A stretch of DNA of 16,998 nt from Candidatus Brocadiia bacterium (GTDB lineage Bacteria; Planctomycetota; Brocadiia; SM23-32). The notes beneath the pieces were generated by a model. The model was given only the letters and a program-made list of their open reading frames with translations. It was not told the DNA's origin and ran no database searches. How positions within the stretch are numbered: position 1 is the first letter of the stretch; every line of letters begins with the position of its first letter. Below are positions 1-7,165 of the stretch, in pieces. The translations under genes were made by a program, and so were the position numbers. Location: positions 1 through 16,998 of the forward strand of contig JBKHIT010000080.1 in assembly GCA_046538485.1 (NCBI GenBank), written 5' to 3'.

Positions 1-7
1 GGAAAAT

Positions 8-105
8 TAAGGAATTTGCGCCCCGTCCGAGGGCAGAGTCAGCCGGGATTTTCGGAGAATGTCCGGCTTCCGGGCAGCGAAAAGACCGACAGCGCAAATT
101 CCTTA
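8..105. mobile_element. Putative MITE (non-autonomous, ~98 bp) with perfect terminal inverted repeats
   Basis: TAAGGAATTTGCGC (8-21) is the exact reverse complement of GCGCAAATTCCTTA (92-105). It can be read as a 12-bp TIR plus a TA duplication. Internal hairpin AGCCGG(41-46)/CCGGCT(63-68). No coding capacity. Confidence 0.6.
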
Positions 106-183
106 TGGGGTTGCTAAACTTGTATCTGCCAACCGGTGGCGGTATGTTGGATCGGGAAAATGAGCCCATACGCAAGGCATCGA

Positions 184-208
184 AACAATCGTTTTCAAAA
201 CTGTTTTG
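184..208 (+). promoter_or_regulatory. Candidate operator sites upstream of 227..1231
   Basis: AACAATCGTTTTCA (184-197) resembles a LacI-family site (central CG, TTTTCA half-site). It overlaps the palindrome CAAAAC-T-GTTTTG (196-208). RBS GGAGG at 215-219. Confidence 0.3.
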
Positions 209-226
209 TCCCCCGGAGGTCTGTAA

Positions 227-1231
227 ATGGCGAAAATCATCAGACAGACGACCGTGATTCGAGACGGGATGCACAACGCATTCACTGATTTGCAATACTG
301 GCAGGGTTGTTACTGGATCGGATACAGGAAAGGGGCGGGACACGTATCGATGGATGGCGAGGCCGTAGTTTCGGTTTCGGCCGACCGCCGGCGGTTCCGG
401 GAGGTGGCGCACTTTCACGTTCCGGGAGATAACAGGGATCCCAAGCTGCTGCCGGTCGATGAGAACCGCATGGCGGCGTATTTCCCGAGCTGGACGCGCG
501 GTGTGGGGCCGCGCGATCTGCAGCACTACATTTCCTTCAGCCCGAACGGATTCGATTGGGAAGAGCCGCGGCCCATTCTCGAACCGAGACTGTGGTTGTG
601 GCGGATCCGGGAACACGATGGCCGATACTACGGACTTGTGCAGAATCTCCAGGGCGACTGGAGCGACGGGAAAAAACCCCATCAACTGGAGCTGATTGTG
701 AGCGACGATTTAGTTGAATGGGAAACCCTCTGCCGAATTGGCGAGGAATATGGTCTGAACGAGAGCGACATTTTCTGGCACGAGGACGGCGAAGCGTGGA
801 TCGTCGCACGGAGCGTACTCAAAGGAAACGCCAGTTTCTTCTGCTCGGCCCAACCCCCGTATACCGAATGGGAAGTCTCTGAGATGGGGCCGATGGTACA
901 TGCCCCCGTTTTCCTCGCCCACCAAGGCGACCTGTATGTGGCTGGACGCAGTTCGCCGGAGAAGGAGGGCGTTAGAACGTTCCCGTTCGGCGGGGCGAGT
1001 CTCGGTTTATGGCGTGTCGAGAGAGGGGGGCTTGAACCTGTCCTCCGAATCCCTGCTACGGGCGATTGTTCCTACCCCGGGATGATTAAAGATCCCGAGG
1101 GCCGGATTTGCATGAGCTATTATTCTCAGCACGCTTATGCCATGGGCGTTGTGGAACCACCGTCCGGTCTTTCCGGTGAAAGCGGTCAGAGAGCCAGTGA
1201 CGTCTATTTTGCGGAACTCGAATTGCCGTGA
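227..1231 (+). CDS. BNR/sialidase-like beta-propeller protein (putative glycosidase-fold protein), 334 aa
   Basis: RBS GGAGG 215-219. Motifs HNAFTDL, RDPKL, WLWRI, LNESDI and GDCSYPG..MSYYS, with Asp-box-like SxxGxxW/SDDLxxW. No signal peptide evident. Confidence 0.8.
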   Translation: MAKIIRQTTVIRDGMHNAFTDLQYWQGCYWIGYRKGAGHVSMDGEAVVSVSADRRRFREVAHFHVPGDNRDPKLLPVDENRMAAYFPSWTRGVGPRDLQHYISFSPNGFDWEEPRPILEPRLWLWRIREHDGRYYGLVQNLQGDWSDGKKPHQLELIVSDDLVEWETLCRIGEEYGLNESDIFWHEDGEAWIVARSVLKGNASFFCSAQPPYTEWEVSEMGPMVHAPVFLAHQGDLYVAGRSSPEKEGVRTFPFGGASLGLWRVERGGLEPVLRIPATGDCSYPGMIKDPEGRICMSYYSQHAYAMGVVEPPSGLSGESGQRASDVYFAELELP

Positions 1232-1281
1232 GGAGTCCAGCGCAAAAGCCCCTTACGTCCCCTGTGTGCCTTCTGCTGGGT

Positions 1282-1384
1282 CCCGCGAGCGCCGCGTTCT
1301 GAACTCCAGCCCGCTCGCGGGGATTGAGACTCGAGTTCAGCTGAGCCCGCCACGGAGCGGGCGAAACTGGACTTGAGGCGGACA
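1282..1384. repeat. Palindromic doublet repeat, copy 1 (short module A plus module B)
   Basis: CCGCGTTCTGAACTCCAGC-CCGCTC (1292-1316), then CTCGAGTTCAGCTGAGC...GGACTTGAGGCGGAC (1330-1383). The same two modules occur in the same order at 16564-16662. Extra stem CCCGCGAGCG(1282-1291)/CGCTCGCGGG(1312-1321). Confidence 0.8.
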
Positions 1385-1390
1385 AACGTG

Positions 1391-1443
1391 GGGAAATGCG
1401 AGGTAGCTGCAGGTCCGCATCGCCGAGCCGGACCTGCCGTTGG
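1391..1443 (+). repeat. REP-like hairpin (GYAG-type), copy 1
   Basis: 47/53 identical to 4656-4708. Core AGGTCCG..ATCGCCGAG..CCGGACCT hairpin. Confidence 0.8.
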
Positions 1444-1483
1444 TCGTTCTGCTGTTTTGCTGCGAGACCTGTTGGTTTATGGC

Positions 1484-1526
1484 CCGCGTTCTGAACTCCA
1501 GCCTCCGGCTGAAGTCCAGTCCGCTC
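1484..1526. repeat. Module A, full form (43 bp)
   Basis: CCGCGTTCTGAACTCCAGCCTCCGGCTGAAGTCCAGTCCGCTC is identical to 16564-16606. It contains a 13-bp imperfect stem. Confidence 0.9.
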
Positions 1527-1551
1527 GCGGATCCGGACCCGCTTACAAATC

Positions 1552-1570
1552 CGCCGGGCTTGTCCCGGCG
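1552..1570. repeat. Short perfect GC hairpin (REP-like or terminator stem)
   Basis: CGCCGGG-CTTGT-CCCGGCG between convergent genes. No poly-T tail. Confidence 0.45.
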
Positions 1571-1779
1571 TGCTTAAGGATTCAACTTGCAATTGTGGGG
1601 TAAAACTTTTTTCTGACCATGCTAAGTCCCGGCTGTGCCAAGATTTCTGATCAACGCAAATGGCTCTACTCTAATTGGGCAAGAATAGCTTTCAATTATC
1701 CGTAAAATCCGCGCTAGCGATTGAAGTTGGCCGGAAGCTTTCTCCACGCCTCTCCCGTCCGCGGAAATTCAGTATAGCC

Positions 1780-4035
1780 TTACGACGCTCCATCGCGGCG
1801 CACCCAGATCGGGCTTGAGATGGCGAGACCACCGTCTGCTGTTCGGGCCGTCAGAAAGAAGCTGGCTTCACCTTCGCGGGGTGGGATGGCTGCGATTGTG
1901 CCCGCGGCCGTGGTCGTTTCCTCAGGATGGGCTGTTTCAAGCAGGGTGCCATCGCGGAAGATATCGATTCGGTCGAGTTCTGAGGGCGCGCAAACCGACC
2001 ACTGGATGGGCGTCTGGTCATCTGCTTCGACGGTTCCACCCATGAGGGTGCCAGATGCCTGTATTCGCATTTCAAATCTTCGCCCATTCGTGGCGAAACA
2101 ACACCGCGACTGCAGTGCTTCCCAAACACCTTCCTGTGTGATTTCTTTCACATAGAGTCCCGTCAGACAGCCAGGCGACTGTCGGTCGCTCGGCCGGCAG
2201 TGATCGCTTCCTCCGGTGACCCCCTTGTGTTGTCCGGCCTGAAGCATCCGGCAATACCACGGGATGGAGTGTCCGCGGGTCTGGATGACTTCGATGACGG
2301 GTTCCACGGTGTCGTTTTTGGCGAGTTCATTATCGAAGAGCTGCCGACTGTGCCCGCCGTTGATCATTCCATGGAAATGGCGTTGCATGATGACCTGGCC
2401 GACCAGATCGTTTTTTTCGAGGTAGCTGATAGCTTCGGGGAGATCGTTTTTGTATTTTTCAACGAGTTCTGAGATGTGCGGGACGAGCTCACGACGGGGG
2501 ATGTAGACGTTGACATCGCCGATCGATCTCCATCCGCCCGGTTCCGCTCCGAAAATCGGCGCGAAGGTTCCATTTTCAACCGATGAGTCGACCGCCGACA
2601 GCCCGGCTCGCTGCTCGCCTTTGCTGGCCTGGCTGAGCCAGTGGTCCGTGAGGCAGAGGCTCCCGTGATGTTCGAAATCCCGCGCCCATCGCAGGTGTTC
2701 TCCGACATCGGCATCGCCCTCGGGTATGCACCGTGAGATGGAGCTGTGTCGGTGCAGATCGGCGTAGATGAGAACACGATCTTTCCAGGGCTGCCGCAAT
2801 CGGTTCACACCGGCAACAAGGGCAGGCCCCGCAGCAGTATGCGGAGTCCAGGGAGCAGACGTTGCGGCCGATTCGCATTGGAAGCGGTAGAAGGTAATCC
2901 GTGGCGGCGAAGAGCTGCTTCGTTGTGCGAATGCGTTGCGGCTGACCGGGTAATCCAGCTCCGTCACGGCCGCAAGCATGTCTTCCGACTCGCGCTCAAC
3001 GGCGTATTGTCCGTCGGGGAAGCCGGCTTCGAGGCTGATTTCCCGGGCAGGCTCGAATCCCGAGGCGCTCATTTTCATCGTGCGGAGCGTCCATCCCCAG
3101 TCATTCATCTGCGCGTCGCGGAAATGACGGAAGAGCAGCCGCAGGTTGCCGGTTGGGTCGATTACGACGGTTGGGGCGAGGGCGAGGCGCCGGTTCTCCG
3201 GGGGTTCATCGCGGTACGACTCAAATCGGGATGTGGTGGGAATTGGCACCTGGCCGGCCGGTTGCGCGTCGAGGGCCTGCAGCTCCCCGTTTTCGTATTT
3301 GAAAAGGTTGATGCGTGTATCTTCGTTGAGTCTTTCGGTGGATTGTCCCCAGAGCCCATCGGACCGGCAGGCGATGAAGATGACGTCGTCATTGGCGGTG
3401 ATCGAAGGGCGTCCGAGGTAGCGATCGGAAAGTTGCACCGAGAAGTCTTCGGTTACTTTAAGGTTGTTTTTGAGTTTTACGACTTCGATCGCGCCGCTTT
3501 CTTCCCAGGCGACCAATGGCGCGCCGGTTTCATCAAAGACCGCAACGGGATCGTTGATGGGACCGCAGGCAAGATCGAAGACGTCATCTTCGTCCAATCG
3601 GCACGCTTTCAAGGAGCGTCCTTCGGGTCCGGTCTCGATCCAAACAATCACGTTGTTTTTGCCGCTGCGGGCGATATCGAACGCGGGAACGTTTTTGCTT
3701 GGAGCCGAGATCTTTTCATCCGGCTCAGTTGGGGTTTTGTTTTCGAGGTCATAGCTTTCGAGCAGCCAGTTGTCACCCTGGAGTTGCACAGCGAACAGGT
3801 GCGGGTTCCCATTGAATATGGCGATTCGAGGTGATGTATGAAATATTCCATCGATGGCCGAGAGTTGGTCTTCTAAGCCGTCTTTTCCGATTTCAGCAAC
3901 GATGATACTTTCGGGTTTTTCGAATCCCTGGTCGGGATCGAACGTCCGCCACGCGGCCAGAGTGCGTTTGGCGGTGCAGAAAAGGTCCGGTTGCCAGGCG
4001 TCTTCGACGACATCGAGTTTTTTGAGATCCTGCAT
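1780..4035 (-). CDS. Multidomain protein: N-terminal propeller-like region plus C-terminal PHP-fold metallohydrolase (CehA/McbA/DUF3604-like), 751 aa
   Basis: PHP metal motifs YADLHRHS, LTDH and GGSDH, followed by the typical tail GLTGLY...GVWEAL..R.CFATNG and AISSPIWV. Start moved from 4104 to ATG 4035 (MQDLKKL) because GGAGA lies just upstream (4045-4041). Confidence 0.8.
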   Translation of the reverse strand: MQDLKKLDVVEDAWQPDLFCTAKRTLAAWRTFDPDQGFEKPESIIVAEIGKDGLEDQLSAIDGIFHTSPRIAIFNGNPHLFAVQLQGDNWLLESYDLENKTPTEPDEKISAPSKNVPAFDIARSGKNNVIVWIETGPEGRSLKACRLDEDDVFDLACGPINDPVAVFDETGAPLVAWEESGAIEVVKLKNNLKVTEDFSVQLSDRYLGRPSITANDDVIFIACRSDGLWGQSTERLNEDTRINLFKYENGELQALDAQPAGQVPIPTTSRFESYRDEPPENRRLALAPTVVIDPTGNLRLLFRHFRDAQMNDWGWTLRTMKMSASGFEPAREISLEAGFPDGQYAVERESEDMLAAVTELDYPVSRNAFAQRSSSSPPRITFYRFQCESAATSAPWTPHTAAGPALVAGVNRLRQPWKDRVLIYADLHRHSSISRCIPEGDADVGEHLRWARDFEHHGSLCLTDHWLSQASKGEQRAGLSAVDSSVENGTFAPIFGAEPGGWRSIGDVNVYIPRRELVPHISELVEKYKNDLPEAISYLEKNDLVGQVIMQRHFHGMINGGHSRQLFDNELAKNDTVEPVIEVIQTRGHSIPWYCRMLQAGQHKGVTGGSDHCRPSDRQSPGCLTGLYVKEITQEGVWEALQSRCCFATNGRRFEMRIQASGTLMGGTVEADDQTPIQWSVCAPSELDRIDIFRDGTLLETAHPEETTTAAGTIAAIPPREGEASFFLTARTADGGLAISSPIWVRRDGAS

Positions 4036-4179
4036 AAGTATCTCCAATGGGAAAGTTCGGTTTGAATGGCAGATGAGGGTAAACGGTCCGGGCGACGATA
4101 TCAATCGGCAAGCGTTGGATATCTAAATTCGGGGCGAGGCCCATTGATTCACATTGTGCTCCCGTGGCACAGGAGTTTC

Positions 4180-4467
4180 TGGCCGGTTCTTCTGACGTGG
4201 CATCGTCGGTACAATGACCATGCTTCCGATGAGATTCCCGCGTTGGATCTGGACGAATTGGGCTTTGAGGAAGCAGAGTGGGACGGATGGTTGCCGCCGC
4301 GTATGCTTCTTGAGTTCCGGGCTGAGAATGAAAGCCGCGTGCGACTCTGCGATTTTGATAGCGCCGGCCGCGGTGGGTCGCCGTATCGAAGCTGGTTGCC
4401 GATGGTGGAGACCAAAGAAGATCTTTTTGAACCGTACGCGCCGGGCGAGGGAAAGATCGCATTCTGA
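4180..4467 (+). pseudogene. Probable 3' fragment of a GH127-like (beta-L-arabinofuranosidase-like) gene
   Basis: In-frame PVLLTWHRRYN..DEIPALD..W.GWLPPRMLLEF..VRLCDFDSAGRGGSPYRSWL matches, from memory, the C-terminus of long GH127-family proteins. No convincing start or RBS, and the upstream part of the ORF looks non-coding. Confidence 0.5.
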
Positions 4468-4655
4468 GAAACGTTGTGATGGCCTTTCACCCCTCCGTTA
4501 CGCAGCCAGGCGGCGCAGTCGTGCCGTTGTTTGGCGCGCAAGCTCCGGGTTAGATCGGTCCCACAAAATAAGAGTCCCCGAAGGGGGCGAAGCAGAGCTA
4601 AGGGAACTCGGATAAGTCTTCCCAGGTTTTGCCCTGAGATCACCATCAAAACTCC

Positions 4656-4798
4656 GGAAAATGCTCGATAGCTGTAGGTCCGGATCGCCGAGCCGGACCT
4701 GCCGTTGGCCCCCGCAGTTGCGCGGCTGGCCAAACACCGGGCCAGCGCTCCGCCGCGAAACCAGCAAGTTTCCGGACCGCGTTCAGACCCGTCCGCTC
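4656..4798 (+). repeat. Composite repeat copy: GTAG-type REP hairpin plus spacer plus degenerate module A
   Basis: 4656-4708 matches 1391-1443 (GTAGGTCCGG-ATCGCCGAG-CCGGACCT). 4752-4784 matches 1459-1491 at 24/33 ungapped. It ends CCGCGTTC-agaccc-GTCCGCTC. Confidence 0.75.
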
Positions 4799-4827
4799 CC
4801 GATACGGTATTTTGGGAGCGGATTTAT
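4792..4827 (+). terminator. Possible intrinsic terminator-like hairpin
   Basis: TCCGCTCCC(4792-4800)/GGGAGCGGA(4814-4822) stem followed by TTTAT. Confidence 0.3.
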
Positions 4828-4832
4828 GGTGA

Positions 4833-5050
4833 GCCTTCAGCCCACTATATTTTCCTCCGAACCCTTAATCCAGGGCTCCGAGGGTTTTCAGCCCTCTCTA
4901 CCTTGGGCTATTATCTGCCGGGCCGTTGGCCCTCAGGAACGCCACTTGAAGGGCTGAAAGCCCGATAGATATCAGCCCAGACAGAAGAGGTCTGAAGGAT
5001 CACGGAGGTCTGGGTTTTGGATCAGTGGCATGATTTTGAGGGCTGAAAGC
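4833..5050. repeat. 218-bp imperfect palindrome built from GGGCTGAAAGCCC-like units
   Basis: 4867-4933 vs 4950-5016 gives 44/67 ungapped. 4833-4843 vs 5040-5050 gives 10/11. All share the same axis (4941/4942). Confidence 0.75.
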
Positions 5051-5207
5051 CTGGCACATTGTTACGTATGACGGCCCTAAACCGCTAAAATGCTCTTATT
5101 AATACCCTCCTTAAAAGAGCTGCGAAGCGGGATTGAAGTCCAGTTCGCCCAGGGGAATGTCGCCACCAGGAAACCATGCGAGAAATCGCCTTGTTGCCAC
5201 CTGTTTC

Positions 5208-5235
5208 TTGAAAGTTCCCGGATCTGCGTTATGAT
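5208..5235 (+). promoter_or_regulatory. Candidate sigma70 promoter of the 5315-14004 operon
   Basis: TTGAAA(5208-5213)-16 bp-TATGAT(5230-5235), about 80 bp upstream of the ATG. RBS GGAGGAG 5300-5306. Confidence 0.5.
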
Positions 5236-5314
5236 CTCCATTCTGAGAGCCAACGGAATCAGTCGTATGTCGTTCGACCGCGAGGTGCCCCTCCGGGATG
5301 GAGGAGATATTTGA

Positions 5315-7165
5315 ATGTACCGCTGCATGAACGCCGGGAATATTGGAATCGATCTGGACTGGGAAGATTGCCTGCCGCTGGCCCGGGATAACGGATTTGA
5401 GGGTATCGATGTGCCGGTGACGACCGCGACGAACCCGGAGTGGTGTCGCAGTAAATTGGAAGAGTTCGGTCTGCGGCCTGGAGGAATCGCATTGCCGCTT
5501 GATTTCCGGGCGCTCAAAAACGATTTCCGTGACGGACTTCAGGTGTTGAAAGATATCGCCGGGCTGTCGGCAGCGATCGGTCAGAGGCGATTTGTAATCT
5601 GGATTTCGCCGTATTCCGACGAGAGATCCCGGAACGAGAATTTTCAGTTCCATGCCGATCGGCTCAAGCAGGTCGCCGATGTGCTGTCCGATGAGGGGTG
5701 TCGCCTGGGGCTGGAGTTTATCGGCCCCCGGACATCCCGGCAGGGACATGCCTATCCGTTCATTTACACGATGGGAGGGATGCTTGATCTTTGCGAGGCG
5801 GCGGGCGAAAACGTCGGTCTGCTGCTGGATTCCTGGCACTGGTACAACTCGGTCGGCACGGTGGATGAAATAAAAGCGCTTGATCCGGAGCAAATCGTCT
5901 ACGTGCACATCAATGATGCTCCGGCCGGCATCCCTGTCGAGCAGCAAATAGACAATGTTCGGGCGCTTCCCGCAGTCACCGGAGTGATAGATACGGGAGG
6001 CTTCCTCGAAGCTCTGCGTGAGATCGAATACGACGGGCCGGTGACGCCGGAACCTTTTGTACCGGAACTGGGCCAGTTGGAGCCGACGGAGGCTGCCCGG
6101 CAGGTGGGCGAGGCACTGGATACTGCCTGGCGAAAGGAGCCGCATGGCTCGCTCCCCGGAACGATGAAAGTGGTGGCGCTCGGGGGGAAAGAGGCGTGGT
6201 TAGTTGACGGGCCCGTGCCGCGTCCGCAAGGCAGGGAAGTGATTGTTAAAATACATGCGTCCCCGATCTGCGGCAGCAATATGGGGGGGTGGTATGGTGA
6301 AGAAACGACGATCAACAATGGCCACGAAGGGACCGGAGAGGTTGTGGCTGTTGCGCAGAGCAATCGGGTTGAAGTCGGCGACCGGGTTGCGTTGTCGCCG
6401 CTGAATGCCTGCGGGGTTTGCAAGGACTGTCTCCGCGGAGATACGATTTTCTGCAGTAATCGGGATGAATCTTACGGCTACTTCGCACAGTTCACGCGCG
6501 TGGCCGATGTCAACTGCATCCCCATCCCGGCGGACCTCGATTATGAGACGGCGTCGTTGATGGGGTGTTGTCTCGGACCTCCGCACGAAGCGGTGAAGCG
6601 TATCGGAGTCAGTCCCTATGATACGGTAGTGATAACGGGTTTGGGTCCAGTGGGGCTGGGCGCGACTGCGCTGAGCGTCTATCACGGCGCCCGTGTGATT
6701 GCACTGGATCCGGAGCGTCACAGGCGCGAGATTGCGAAAAAGCTCGGCGCCGAGCAGGTGATGGATCCCACTGCCGATAATTGTCACGAAGCTCTCAAAG
6801 AGACAACGGGTGGGGGCGTGATGCGGGCGATTGAGTGTTCGGGAGAGCAGCAAGCCGAAAGAATGTTGATCGATCTGGCGGGTGTGCGGGCGTTTATCGC
6901 CTTTGTCGGTGAAAATAAGGGCGAAATATCTCTTTCGCCGAGCAATGATATGCTCCGTAAAGGCTTGACTCTTGTCGGTTGCTGGCATATGAATTTGCTC
7001 GATGCGTCGGATCTTATCCACTTTCTGAGAAGATCTCCGGAGAAAGTCGAATTGCTGATCAGCCACCGATACGGTTTCGACCAGGTGGCGGAGGCGTTTG
7101 AAACTTTTGCATCACGGAAATGCAGCAAAGTTCTCTTGCTTCCCTGGCAGGGAGTTGATGCATGA
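5315..7165 (+). CDS. Fusion: sugar isomerase/epimerase TIM barrel (AP_endonuc_2 family) plus Zn-dependent MDR alcohol/sugar dehydrogenase, 616 aa
   Basis: N-half has the metal/catalytic motifs LEFIG, LLDSWHW, VHIND, R.LP and PEPF. C-half (from MKVV, 6164) has ICGSN, GHEGTGEV, structural Zn CGVCKDC-x7-C and the Rossmann motif GLGPVG...ALD. Confidence 0.9.
   Translation: MYRCMNAGNIGIDLDWEDCLPLARDNGFEGIDVPVTTATNPEWCRSKLEEFGLRPGGIALPLDFRALKNDFRDGLQVLKDIAGLSAAIGQRRFVIWISPYSDERSRNENFQFHADRLKQVADVLSDEGCRLGLEFIGPRTSRQGHAYPFIYTMGGMLDLCEAAGENVGLLLDSWHWYNSVGTVDEIKALDPEQIVYVHINDAPAGIPVEQQIDNVRALPAVTGVIDTGGFLEALREIEYDGPVTPEPFVPELGQLEPTEAARQVGEALDTAWRKEPHGSLPGTMKVVALGGKEAWLVDGPVPRPQGREVIVKIHASPICGSNMGGWYGEETTINNGHEGTGEVVAVAQSNRVEVGDRVALSPLNACGVCKDCLRGDTIFCSNRDESYGYFAQFTRVADVNCIPIPADLDYETASLMGCCLGPPHEAVKRIGVSPYDTVVITGLGPVGLGATALSVYHGARVIALDPERHRREIAKKLGAEQVMDPTADNCHEALKETTGGGVMRAIECSGEQQAERMLIDLAGVRAFIAFVGENKGEISLSPSNDMLRKGLTLVGCWHMNLLDASDLIHFLRRSPEKVELLISHRYGFDQVAEAFETFASRKCSKVLLLPWQGVDA

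Noticed and set aside
1338..1367. Hammerhead-ribozyme-like CTGA...stem...GAAAC
   Set aside because: The core reads CAGCTGA instead of CUGANGA, and the sister copy at 16630-16646 has GAAG, so it is better explained as a tandem-GA palindromic repeat.
1292..1526. CRISPR array or attC cassette array
   Set aside because: Repeats are of unequal length and irregularly spaced. There are no unique equal-length spacers, cas genes, integrase or RYYYAAC/GTTRRRY boxes.
2746..3834. 362-aa plus-strand ORF
   Set aside because: Antisense shadow of the motif-bearing 1780..4035 gene, with no recognisable motifs.
4036..4104. N-terminal extension of the 774-aa ORF
   Set aside because: A better RBS and ATG occur at 4035, and the extension looks like promoter DNA.
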